Assembly (NCBI GenBank): GCA_963737265.1
Contig: CAVTRY010000013.1
Location: 288,001 to 352,000 of the forward strand
DNA from: an uncultured delta proteobacterium
GTDB lineage: Bacteria > Myxococcota_A > Polyangia > Fen-1088
Reading direction: 5' to 3'
DNA: 64,000 bases
Below the pieces are notes generated by a model. The model saw only the letters and a list, made by a program, of their open reading frames with translations. It was not told where the DNA came from and searched no databases. Positions 27,272-36,494 of this stretch are shown here, piece after piece (the first letter of the stretch is position 1; every line of letters begins with the position of its first letter). A program made the position numbers and the translations under genes.

Positions 27272-29305
27272 TTACGGATTGCAGCCAAGCTCGAGCCAGT
27301 CGAGAACGTTGTTCCAGTACGTCTGCGTGCAGGCGTTGAGCGTCGCGTCCCAGTATGGATTCGCGGAGGCTTGCGCGGCGCAACGAGGATCTGTCCCGGG
27401 AGCCCAGTCGGCGTCGTAGGTAATCCATTCGTCGGCCCAAACATTCACGTGCCCTTTGCCAGTAAGTGGGGGCTCGGCGGCCATTCCGACGGCGCCAATG
27501 TTGTTCGCACAGTCTGAATTTGGCGTATTGGTGTAGGCGTAGGTGACCGGGCCCGGTCCCAACGCAGTAACGGGCCAAGCACCCTTCACCATCAAGTCAT
27601 ACACCCCAGAAGTTATAGCCGGCATTCTGAAAGGGATGAATGAGAAACGGCAATTCGGGTCACCCGTCGTTATGCTTGTGAAATTGTTGAGAAATTGCCA
27701 CCCGCAGCCTGGGCCAGGAGCGCAGCCGCTCGGCCCGCCGTAGGCCATATTGAAGGGCGCCAGCAGCATGTTGACGTTGGTGTACTCCAGGATCGGGGCG
27801 TTGTCGGACACGCCGACAACCGTCATCAGGCCGCCACCATTATTGACCCAATTCGTGACCGCCGTAACCTCGGCCGCCGTGAATGCCCGCTGACTAGCGG
27901 GAACGGCGGGCGGGTTATACATAGGCTGCGTCGCACTGCCACACCAATTACTCGGCGACGTAGCGTTGCAGTTGATTGAATAGGCGCCATACCACGCGTC
28001 GTAGTCCGCCTTTGTGTGATAGACGTCCAATACGAGAAGAGTCTGATAATTCGACAACTTATTCGCCCAATTGGTGCCGAGGGTCGGATCCGCCTCAATG
28101 GGCAGGTTATCGACTGCGCCGCACCCCTTATTGTGTTTGGCGAGCCAGTTGCCGAAGCCAACAGTACCTGGCGAGGCGACGCCACAAGTGGTGGAATTCA
28201 CTTGACTGCATTGAACATTCCAAACGCCGTACTGGCCGATGGTCGCGATTCGGTGGCAATTATCCGAGGGGCAACCGCTGCCGCCAGTTCCACCCGTGCC
28301 CCCTGCGCCTCCCGTGCCCGAGCCGCCTCCAGCGCCGCCGCCCGTTCCAGACGAACCACCGGTACTGCCAACCACGCCACCCGTCCCGCTGGCGATGATT
28401 CCGCCCGCGCCTGAACCGCCCGCGCCGCTTGCGCCGCCCGCGTTCGAGCCACCCGCGCCGGGAGGGTTGTTTTGGGCGATTGGACTATTGACGACGATGC
28501 CGTTTTGCACCGAGGTATTGTCGTCGCATCCGCGCGCGCCCGCGGCGCACAGCGAGGATAGCGGCGTGTTGTTCGCCACGGCCGAGCCCGAGCCCGGGGA
28601 CATGGTGACTTCCAGAACCACGCGCGTCCTATTGTCCGCGGACAAGCCTTCGGATCGCACAACGATAAGTCCGTTGGGGGCAGGTACGCCAGCCGGCGCC
28701 GTGCAGGGCGCGGTGGGGGTCGTGGAAAGATCGGGCGCGTTGTCGCACGTGAAATTTCCCAGGCGGCAATCCGACTGATCCTGTCGGACATAGACGGTGT
28801 ACTGCCCGATAAACGGGTTCAGGATCGTGCCGCCATTGGCCAGAGCGGCCGTGCGATTAACCGAATTCGGGTACCTGACACCCTGCAATACGCATGGGGC
28901 CGCGGGATTGGAGTTGCAAGGAACTCCAGCCGTCCCCACTTGGTCCTGACTGTTGCTGGTCGTGTCTACCAAGAGCGCTCCACGCATTTCTCCTTCACAT
29001 TGGGTTACTAGATTGGGAATCTCGTCGCCCGTGCCGGTGTTCGAGCCCGAGAGAATGGCCTGGATCGGCGGCACCCAAACCGGGGAATTCAGCACTTGCC
29101 TCGCCCGCTCGATGCCGGCCTCGGCCACCACCAACGCCTGGTTGCGCTGGTTGATGTTCGTGCTCATTTGAATGCTGCCGCTGGTCAGGAACAGACCGGT
29201 CATTCCCAGCCCAAGCAGGGCCACCATGACAACGAGAACCACGACGAGGACGGCGCCCTTATCTGAGGAACGCCGTGGTTGCTTCGAATGATTTGCGGTC
29301 GTCAT
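27272..29305 (-). CDS. pilX: PilX-like minor pilin fused to a C-terminal GATase-fold (WADEWITY) domain
   Basis: KG|AVLVVVLVVM (no Glu5), QALVVAEAGIERA; GGAGG upstream of ATG 29305; Gly-rich linker. Confidence 0.75.
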   Translation of the reverse strand: MTTANHSKQPRRSSDKGAVLVVVLVVMVALLGLGMTGLFLTSGSIQMSTNINQRNQALVVAEAGIERARQVLNSPVWVPPIQAILSGSNTGTGDEIPNLVTQCEGEMRGALLVDTTSNSQDQVGTAGVPCNSNPAAPCVLQGVRYPNSVNRTAALANGGTILNPFIGQYTVYVRQDQSDCRLGNFTCDNAPDLSTTPTAPCTAPAGVPAPNGLIVVRSEGLSADNRTRVVLEVTMSPGSGSAVANNTPLSSLCAAGARGCDDNTSVQNGIVVNSPIAQNNPPGAGGSNAGGASGAGGSGAGGIIASGTGGVVGSTGGSSGTGGGAGGGSGTGGAGGTGGTGGSGCPSDNCHRIATIGQYGVWNVQCSQVNSTTCGVASPGTVGFGNWLAKHNKGCGAVDNLPIEADPTLGTNWANKLSNYQTLLVLDVYHTKADYDAWYGAYSINCNATSPSNWCGSATQPMYNPPAVPASQRAFTAAEVTAVTNWVNNGGGLMTVVGVSDNAPILEYTNVNMLLAPFNMAYGGPSGCAPGPGCGWQFLNNFTSITTGDPNCRFSFIPFRMPAITSGVYDLMVKGAWPVTALGPGPVTYAYTNTPNSDCANNIGAVGMAAEPPLTGKGHVNVWADEWITYDADWAPGTDPRCAAQASANPYWDATLNACTQTYWNNVLDWLELGCNP

Positions 29306-29331
29306 GGTGCTTCCCTCCGTGTCAGCGGGGA

Positions 29332-30702
29332 TCACAAAGGCTTGTTGTTGCGGGGATAGACAGTTGTGGAAAGGACGCGCCTGCGATACTGGTCCCTCGG
29401 ACAAGCGGCGGCGGCGCAGGGGTTGTCTTCGACGGGCTCGGGTTGGTTGTTGGTGACGCCCACGTCGATGAGATCGTCCGGGGTCGTCGACCGCGCCACC
29501 AAGGTCAAGCGGACGGCCGTCGGCAGATTGCAGAAGCCAAGCGAGAATGGATTGGTCGGGAATACGTCGCCCGGCACGTTGTTGATCCATTCGTCGTTCT
29601 TGCGCGACGCAACGTCCGTTCCCTCGTCGAGGATCCCATTGAGCGCGGCCAAGTTGGGCGTACCCAGGGTTCCGACGTCGCAGGCAAACGAGACCTGCAG
29701 ATCCTCGATGCCGTCCGCGAGCGGCTGCGCCGTTCCTGCGGCGCCCTGATCCAATCGCTGCATCATCAGCTGGGGAACCGGATGACCGCTGGCGACCGTG
29801 CTCGGATCGTTTTGGATGAAAAATCTCACCCAAGTCAGCGTCCCGAAATTACGAACCCCATCCACGCCACCGGTGTATCCGCCACCTGGAGGCAGCATGG
29901 CGGCAACGGCTCCGGTTGGATTCCAGGCGCTGACACCGGCGCCGGAGGCGTGCGACAGGACATTCCCCACGCCTGGATTGTTTGTGACCTGCAAGAGCGT
30001 GCAGCCTCGGTCGGCGGACGGATCGTTGCCGTAGCCCCAATCCTGGCCGAGCATGAGGAGAAGGCACTCGTTTTGGCGAAAAATGCTGCCGGACGTGGTG
30101 CCGGTGAGAGTTATGGAGAGGGCCGGGTCCGTGTCCAGTACGTTCAGCTGCAGAACGGCGTCCACGTCGGCACCGGAAGCGCGGTTGCCAAAGGCGACTG
30201 TGATGATATCCGTGCCCGGCACCACATTGGCATCCACGGACGAGTTGTTGACGATCCAAAGCGGCGGGATCCACTGCATCCCGCTGGCTCCGTCGAAGGC
30301 TCGCAGGCCGGTCTGCGGGCGCGTGGAGAGGCTTGCGATTAAGACACCGCCGCTGGTGTGGGGGCCGTCGCTGGGGGAGGTGGTCTGGAGTCGCCCCCCG
30401 GTGAGCGAGTTGGGATCGGTCGGGACGGTATCCGAATAGTCGGCGGGCCGCACGCATTCGTACATTCCGCTGCCCGCCCCGCGCACATAGCGCGCCAGAA
30501 CCTCCATGGACGCCCACAGGTTCTGTTGAATGTTGAGGATCTTGGTTTGGGTTTCGTAGACGCGCTGCTGGCCCGAGAAGAACATGAACGTCGAGGCCGC
30601 GATGATCGACGAGATGATGAGCGTGATCATGATCTCGACCAAGGTCATGCCGGCGTTTCCTTCCCTATCAGGACGCCTTTTGCTCGCCGTGCGCGCTACC
30701 AC
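29332..30702 (-). CDS. pilW: PilW-like minor pilin
   Basis: AG|MTLVEIMITLII prepilin motif, QQN...VRGAG, PLADGIEDLQV, AVRLTLVARS, YRRRVL..V.PRN; GTG start overlaps the pilV end. Confidence 0.8.
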   Translation of the reverse strand: MVARTASKRRPDREGNAGMTLVEIMITLIISSIIAASTFMFFSGQQRVYETQTKILNIQQNLWASMEVLARYVRGAGSGMYECVRPADYSDTVPTDPNSLTGGRLQTTSPSDGPHTSGGVLIASLSTRPQTGLRAFDGASGMQWIPPLWIVNNSSVDANVVPGTDIITVAFGNRASGADVDAVLQLNVLDTDPALSITLTGTTSGSIFRQNECLLLMLGQDWGYGNDPSADRGCTLLQVTNNPGVGNVLSHASGAGVSAWNPTGAVAAMLPPGGGYTGGVDGVRNFGTLTWVRFFIQNDPSTVASGHPVPQLMMQRLDQGAAGTAQPLADGIEDLQVSFACDVGTLGTPNLAALNGILDEGTDVASRKNDEWINNVPGDVFPTNPFSLGFCNLPTAVRLTLVARSTTPDDLIDVGVTNNQPEPVEDNPCAAAACPRDQYRRRVLSTTVYPRNNKPL

Positions 30703-31259
30703 GTCTTTCTCCGTTCCACATCGAGGCGCGTGGTCTTGGTGTCGCCCGAGTCGTTGTTGTAGCTGACGATGACCGAGAGGACGTAGGGTGAACCCGCGCC
30801 GTTGTTGGTGACCATCCACTGGCGCGACCAGCGATAGAGCGCGCGAGTGCTGCTGGTCAGCGCGGTCGTCGAAATATTTCCGCGCGAGTCCACGTTCTGC
30901 ACCGCCGACCATTGGCCCGTGGCAATCGCTGCCAGGCCGCGTGCGGTGTCGATGGCCTGGGTGTCGGTAGATCGGCTGGCAAGTTGATCGAGCGTCTGCG
31001 TCGCCAGGCGCAAGGCGACGTTTGCGTCGTTGGCGTTCTTGGATGCGGAGGTGACTGCCTGTTGAACCGCCATCGTGCCCATCAAACCGATGGCGCCGAT
31101 GAGCATGGCCATCATGACCTCAAGCAAGGTAAACCCAGCCTGGCGCTTTCTACTGGCGGCCGTCGCCCAAGACACGCCTGCGGCCAGCCCGGTCCCGGGT
31201 TGGAGAGCATCGCTCTCATTTTTTCGTCGGGCCAGCATGGTTTCCCGCCTCAGCTTCAT
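30696..31259 (-). CDS. pilV: PilV-like minor pilin
   Basis: QAG|FTLLEVMMAMLI prepilin motif; true start probably 31238 or later. Confidence 0.8.
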   Translation of the reverse strand: MKLRRETMLARRKNESDALQPGTGLAAGVSWATAASRKRQAGFTLLEVMMAMLIGAIGLMGTMAVQQAVTSASKNANDANVALRLATQTLDQLASRSTDTQAIDTARGLAAIATGQWSAVQNVDSRGNISTTALTSSTRALYRWSRQWMVTNNGAGSPYVLSVIVSYNNDSGDTKTTRLDVERRKTW

Positions 31260-31274
31260 GCAAACACTCGGCCA
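31259..31274 (-). promoter_or_regulatory. Putative sigma54 promoter for pilVWX
   Basis: Minus strand TGGCCGAGTGTTTGCA with GG-N10-GC spacing; AT-rich sequence upstream. Confidence 0.55.
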
Positions 31275-31521
31275 TTCAAGATCATTAGCGATTTAGTCGC
31301 CTGTCTAGAAGATCCATCGTCAGGAGTAGGAAAATATTTCATAGGGCGCAAACAGGTTGCGCGTTCGAGGTAAGCGAAGGCTCACAAGGTGCCGTCATGT
31401 AGGAAGAGTGTGCAGCCCCTGAATTTCGGCGACCGTTTTCGCACGGATCGAGTCTTGATGCCACGAACCCCGGCTCACCGACTTGGTGGCCGGCCGGGCG
31501 ACGCCGGATCAGGATTGGAAC

Positions 31522-32181
31522 ATGAACAAGTCATTCGGCAACGACGACCCTGACCTCGCGACTTACGTGGTTCGCGTGTACGCGCCCGAGGACGAAGTCC
31601 TACGCGAAATCCGAGAGCGCTCATCCGGCGCAGGACTGCCGGATATTCAGCTCGCAGCACTCGATGCGCGGCACTTGGAGGTTCTGGCGCGTGCCTGCCA
31701 TGCTCGGCGTGCCGTCGAGATTGGAACGCTGGGCGGCTATTCTGGCGTGTCGATCTTGCGTGGCATGGGTCGAGATGGCGTGCTCGACACCATCGAGATC
31801 GATCCCAAGCACGCCGCTGTCGCTCGCGAGAGCTTTCGCAAGTCCGGTTTCAGCGGTCGCGTGCGCGTGCACGTCGGCTCGGCGAAGAATGTGCTGCCTC
31901 AACTGACCAGCCGCGCGCCATTCGATCTCTGCTTCATCGACGCCGACAAGGAAGGCTACCCGGCCTACCTGGACTGGGCCGCCAGCAACCTACGCCCGGA
32001 CGGACTGGTCGTCCTCGACAACGCGTTTCTCTTTGGTCATCTGGCGATGGCGCCCGAGGGTGAGCTCGCCGCCGCCATCGCAGCCATGCAGAAGACACAC
32101 GATGTGCTTGCCCGCGACGGGCGCTTTCGCTCGACGGTATTTCCCACCGGTGAAGGTCTGGCGGTCGGGGTAAGAATCTAG
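31522..32181 (+). CDS. O-methyltransferase (caffeoyl-CoA/catechol OMT family)
   Basis: VEIGTLGGYS, PFDLCFIDADK..Y, LRP.GLVVLDN, GEGL. Confidence 0.88.
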   Translation: MNKSFGNDDPDLATYVVRVYAPEDEVLREIRERSSGAGLPDIQLAALDARHLEVLARACHARRAVEIGTLGGYSGVSILRGMGRDGVLDTIEIDPKHAAVARESFRKSGFSGRVRVHVGSAKNVLPQLTSRAPFDLCFIDADKEGYPAYLDWAASNLRPDGLVVLDNAFLFGHLAMAPEGELAAAIAAMQKTHDVLARDGRFRSTVFPTGEGLAVGVRI

Positions 32182-32219
32182 CCGCCGGGCAACTCGTAAT
32201 CCCGCGATAGGCGTGGAAG

Positions 32220-32276
32220 GTCGTGGCCGTGGCCGTGGCCGGAGTGATCTTCTTCGGCCACGGCCACGGCCACGAC
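32220..32276. repeat. 22-bp perfect hairpin built from GTGGCC hexamers (REP-like or bidirectional terminator)
   Basis: gtcgtggccgtggccgtggccg (32220-32241) and cggccacggccacggccacgac (32255-32276) lie between convergent genes. Confidence 0.75.
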
Positions 32277-32398
32277 TACGATGACGTTTACGACCACCCT
32301 TCATCGCTCCAACTGGGTGGCGCGTCCATCCTGGAAAGGCACCTTTTTCTGCCGCCTTCCGCGACGTCGCTGCGCTTCCCGCGGGACTACGGCCGCGG

Positions 32399-33391
32399 TC
32401 AGCGCTTGCTTGCGCGTTTGCGGGCCTCGGGCCGCGCGGCCTGGGCGTCGTCGTTCGGCGTGGCCGGCGTCGCGTGCCGGGCGGGCTTGCGCTCGAGAAC
32501 GCCAGTCATCCCTGGCGTCTTGTCCGGCGCTTTGTCTGGCGCCTTGGCCAGGCTCAGGGTCGGCTTGGCGTCTTCGCGCTCGCGGGTCGCTGGCGCCTTG
32601 GCGGATCGCCCCTCGCCCAGGCTCGCTTTTAGCGCCTCCATCAAATCGATCACGCGGCCGGTTTCGCTTGGGGCCGGCGCCGAAGCAATCTCTTTGCCCG
32701 CAACCTTGCGTTCGATGTCAGACTGGATCCGCTTGCGGACGTCATCTTCGTAATTTGCGGGATTGAACGTCTCGGAGCCGATCTGATCGACGAGCTGCCG
32801 GGCAAGCTTCACCTCGGACTCGCGCACGTCGGCGTCGGGGATGGGAACCTCGGAAAACGGACGAACTTCGTCGGCATAGAGCAAGGTCTGCATGATGATG
32901 CCAATCCCGCCCTGGGCGTCGTCGGACACGCGGAGCATGACGATGTACTGCTTGCCGCGTGCCGCATAACGGGCCACCGCCGCGCGATCAGCCTCACGCA
33001 TCACGGTGGCGAGCAGGCGGTAGGCTTTTTCGCCGCCCTTTTCCGGGCCGAGGTAATACGCCTTCTCGTAATAGAGCGGATCGATGCTCCCGCGCGGGAC
33101 GAACTCGGCGATCTCGATGGACTGGGTCGCCTTCTCCTCCAGCGCCTTGAGCTCGTCGGGCGTGAAGGTGACGTACCGGTCCTTGGCGAACTCGTAGCCC
33201 TTCACCATCTCGTCGCGCGAGACGATCTCGTTGTCGACCGGACAAACGTACTGCTGCTTGAGGCGCGATCCACACTTGCCGTGCAGGAGGTTGAACGAAA
33301 CCCCGGTCGACGATTGGGTCGCGGAGAACAACTTGACTGGTATCGAAACGAGCCCGAAGGAGATCGTTCCGGTGGAGATTGCGCGCGCCAT
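32399..33391 (-). CDS. ku: NHEJ Ku protein
   Basis: GTISFGLVSIPVKLFSA, VKGYE, IDPLYYEKAYYLGP, VIDLMEALKASL, basic C-terminal tail. Confidence 0.95.
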   Translation of the reverse strand: MARAISTGTISFGLVSIPVKLFSATQSSTGVSFNLLHGKCGSRLKQQYVCPVDNEIVSRDEMVKGYEFAKDRYVTFTPDELKALEEKATQSIEIAEFVPRGSIDPLYYEKAYYLGPEKGGEKAYRLLATVMREADRAAVARYAARGKQYIVMLRVSDDAQGGIGIIMQTLLYADEVRPFSEVPIPDADVRESEVKLARQLVDQIGSETFNPANYEDDVRKRIQSDIERKVAGKEIASAPAPSETGRVIDLMEALKASLGEGRSAKAPATREREDAKPTLSLAKAPDKAPDKTPGMTGVLERKPARHATPATPNDDAQAARPEARKRASKR

Positions 33392-33518
33392 GGGCCAATT
33401 CTGGCCAGACGATTTTGCCGATGCACAATAAAAAGGACTTGGCTAATCCTCTTGCCGTCACAGTGCGCTATGCGGCTGCCCTTGCAACTCGCGACGTCAA
33501 CGCCTGGCCGACATCCAA

Positions 33519-34226
33519 TCAGCCTTGGGCAAGCTTCTCCACGAATTGAGCCGCGAGCTTCGGGCCGAGTCCCGCGTCCTCGTGTTTGAAATAGACGAAT
33601 GCGGCGGTCCACCCGGGCGCCATGGCCGCGAGCTTTTCGGCCCACGCCCCGAGGGCAGCTTCGTCGTAGTCGGTGCGGCGCAGGCGCAAGTAGCCCCACG
33701 GGGCCGTAGCGACCAGCGGAGTGGCAAGGTCTTCGGCGTCTGCCACGCACAGGGCCGCGCCGTGCGCGCGCAAGGCTTCGTACACGGCATCGTCGAACCA
33801 AGAGGTGTGGCGGAACTCGAAGGCGGCGCGGGTTTGCCGGGGCAGGAGGGCGAGAAAATCCACAAGACGCGGGACGTCCTTGCGAAGAAACGGCGGCAGC
33901 TGAAAGAGAATGGGCCCCAGCTTTTCGCCGAACGACGACAGCGCCTTCAGGAAATAGCCAACGGCATCGGCCGCCCCTGCCAGTTTCTGGCGATGCGTGA
34001 TCAGCTGCGGCGCCTTGGGTGCGAAGCGAAACGCGGCGGGCGTCGTGGCCGCCCACGCAGCCAGCATCTCGGCCTTCGGCATGCGGTAGAACGTGTTGTT
34101 GATCTCGACCGTCCTCAGGCGCTCGGCGTAGTGCGCCAGCATCTTCGCGGGCGGCATTTTTTCCGGATAGAAGCTCCCGCGCCACGCCGGGTAGCTGAAA
34201 CCGCTGGTTCCGATCCACGTCTCCAC
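33519..34226 (-). CDS. DUF72 domain protein
   Basis: IGTSGFSY..W.GSFYP, VEINNTFY, KAP..ITH, LFQLPP, EFRH.SW, YLRLR; start 34226 preferred (ORF track 34262). Confidence 0.9.
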   Translation of the reverse strand: METWIGTSGFSYPAWRGSFYPEKMPPAKMLAHYAERLRTVEINNTFYRMPKAEMLAAWAATTPAAFRFAPKAPQLITHRQKLAGAADAVGYFLKALSSFGEKLGPILFQLPPFLRKDVPRLVDFLALLPRQTRAAFEFRHTSWFDDAVYEALRAHGAALCVADAEDLATPLVATAPWGYLRLRRTDYDEAALGAWAEKLAAMAPGWTAAFVYFKHEDAGLGPKLAAQFVEKLAQG

Positions 34227-34273
34227 GCCATCTTTTGTGACACGAAAGTCGGACGTCGTCACGGCGGACAGCC

Positions 34274-36481
34274 ATGGCCCTAGACGAATACAGTCGCAAG
34301 CGGAATTTCACCATTACGGCCGAGCCACCCGCGCGCGTCGCCGCGACTACGACGGGCCGGAGCTTCGTCGTGCAGAAACACGCCGCGCGCCAGTTGCACT
34401 ACGATTTTCGCCTCGAGCTCGACGGCGTGCTCAAGAGCTGGTCGATCCCCAAGGGCCCGAGCTTCGATCCCGCGGCCAAGCGTCTGGCGGTGGCGGTCGA
34501 GGATCATCCCATCGACTACGGAGGATTCGAAGGCATCATCCCGGCCGGTCAGTACGGCGGCGGTACGGTATTGCTGTGGGATCGGGGAACCTGGAATCCG
34601 CTGCTCGATCCGGCCGCCGGCCTCGCCGCCGGTCACCTCAAGTTCGAGCTCTTGGGCGAAAAGCTGCGCGGCCGCTGGGCGCTGGTCCGATTGAAGCCGC
34701 GCGCCAGGGCTTCGGGCGGCAGCGACGAGCGGAGCTGGCTGCTGGTCAAAGATCGCGATGGGCACGCGCGGCCCGAAAGCGAATGGAGCGTAACGGATGC
34801 TCGCCCCGAGAGCGTGGCGACGGGGCGCAATCTGGACGCCATCGCCGCGGCCTCGGACCGCGTCTGGCACTCGAATCGCGGTCTCGCGGATCCGAGCCGC
34901 GTAGGGAGCCCGCCGGCTCTTCAGGGTTCCCATCTCAGCGCCGCGCGCGTGGCGCCGATGCCGGAAGGGGTCCGCCCGGCGCGGCCCAAGCTCGCGCGCC
35001 GCGTGCCCGACGGGGACAACTGGCTGCACGAGATCGAGATCGTGGGCGAACGGATCGTGGCCCGCGCGAACGGGGGCCGCGTTCAGTTGCTCGGGGTCGA
35101 CGGACGCGACCGCACGGCCGCGCTTGCCGGGGTGGCGAGCTTGGTGCGGACGCTGCCTGCCAATCAGGTTATTGTCGACTGCGTCGCTACGGCGCTGGGT
35201 GCGGACGGACATTCGGGAGCGGATCGCCCAGCCGACACGCTGTATGCAATCGATCTGCCGTACCTCGACGGCCACGATCTGACGCGGGTCCCGCTCAGTG
35301 AGCGCAAAGACGTGCTGGCTTCCTTGGTCGCCAAGGCCAACGCCGGTGCCGGCACCGCGACCGGGCTGCGCTACGCGGACCATGTCTTGGGCCGCGGCCG
35401 CGAAACCTTCGCCCAGGCCAGCGCCCTCGGTGCCGCCGGGATCGTATCGAAGAAGGTTGACAGCCGCTATCCGCCGCCAGCGTTGTCCTGGCGTGTCGTT
35501 CGATGTCCTTCGAATGGCGCCACCCACGCGCAGGCCGCGGCGGCAGTGCCCAAATTGGCCAGAAAGGCGCCGCCGACTGAGCTGCTCATCGCGGGCGTCA
35601 AGTTGACCCATCCCCAGCGCATGCTCTATCCCGACGTCGGCATAACCAAGCTCGACCTCGCGCGCTACTACGAGCGTGTCGGCGAGCGCATGCTGCCCTA
35701 CCTCGTGGATCGTCCACTGACGCTCGTGCGCGCCCCGGACGGCATGAACGGACAGCGCTTCTTCGTCCGTCACGCGGGCGACTGGGCTCCGCGCGAGCTA
35801 AGGCAATTCGAGATCGCCGGCGGCACCGGCGCGGGCACGGCGATGATCGTCGACGGTCTGCGCGGCCTCGTCGCCCTGGCACAGATGAACGTTCTCGAGA
35901 TACATCCGTGGAACGCGCGCACGAGCGACCTCGAGCGGCCCGATCGCATCGTCTTTGACCTGGATCCCGGGCCAGAGGTTCCTTGGTCGGAGGTCGTCGA
36001 CAGCGCCAGGCGCGTGCGGGAGGTGCTTGAGACGCTCGATCTCGCAAGCTTCGTCAAAACGACTGGGGGAAAGGGCCTGCACGTGGTGGTTCCCCTGACG
36101 CCTGCCGCGACTTGGGACGACACGCTCGAGTTTTCGCGGGTCATGGCCCAGGCGCTTTCGCGCTTCGAGCCCGCGCGTTTCTCGGCCGGGCTCGCCAAAG
36201 CGGCGCGCACCAGCAAGATCTTCGTCGACTATCTTCGCAACCGTCGCGGCGCGACCTCGGTCAGCGTGTTCTCGTCGCGTGCGCAAGCAACCGCGACCGT
36301 GTCCGTTCCCGTCACGTGGGACGGGCTTGGCTTCGCAACGCGCGCCGATGCCTTTCACGTCGGGGATGTCGACCAGTGGTTCCGGGGGCCGGACCCGTGG
36401 GCCGAACACAGCAAGATCCGGCAGCGCCTGACCGCAACCAAAATCAAGGCCGCGCGCGCCGCGCTCGGGCGAGCGCCCTAG
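34274..36481 (+). CDS. ligD: LigD-like protein: 3'-phosphoesterase, degenerate ligase domain, primase-polymerase domain
   Basis: FVVQKHAARQLHYDFRLE, VEDHP (phosphoesterase); PDRIVFDLDP, KTTGGKGLHV, FVDYLRN (polymerase); ligase motif I reads EIEIVGER. Confidence 0.9.
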   Translation: MALDEYSRKRNFTITAEPPARVAATTTGRSFVVQKHAARQLHYDFRLELDGVLKSWSIPKGPSFDPAAKRLAVAVEDHPIDYGGFEGIIPAGQYGGGTVLLWDRGTWNPLLDPAAGLAAGHLKFELLGEKLRGRWALVRLKPRARASGGSDERSWLLVKDRDGHARPESEWSVTDARPESVATGRNLDAIAAASDRVWHSNRGLADPSRVGSPPALQGSHLSAARVAPMPEGVRPARPKLARRVPDGDNWLHEIEIVGERIVARANGGRVQLLGVDGRDRTAALAGVASLVRTLPANQVIVDCVATALGADGHSGADRPADTLYAIDLPYLDGHDLTRVPLSERKDVLASLVAKANAGAGTATGLRYADHVLGRGRETFAQASALGAAGIVSKKVDSRYPPPALSWRVVRCPSNGATHAQAAAAVPKLARKAPPTELLIAGVKLTHPQRMLYPDVGITKLDLARYYERVGERMLPYLVDRPLTLVRAPDGMNGQRFFVRHAGDWAPRELRQFEIAGGTGAGTAMIVDGLRGLVALAQMNVLEIHPWNARTSDLERPDRIVFDLDPGPEVPWSEVVDSARRVREVLETLDLASFVKTTGGKGLHVVVPLTPAATWDDTLEFSRVMAQALSRFEPARFSAGLAKAARTSKIFVDYLRNRRGATSVSVFSSRAQATATVSVPVTWDGLGFATRADAFHVGDVDQWFRGPDPWAEHSKIRQRLTATKIKAARAALGRAP

Positions 36482-36494
36482 GGGAAAGTCGACG

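Noticed and set aside
29306-29833. N-terminal extension of pilX (and the similar pilW extension to 30912)
   Set aside because: Overlaps the upstream pilin genes; prepilin motifs and RBS support the later starts
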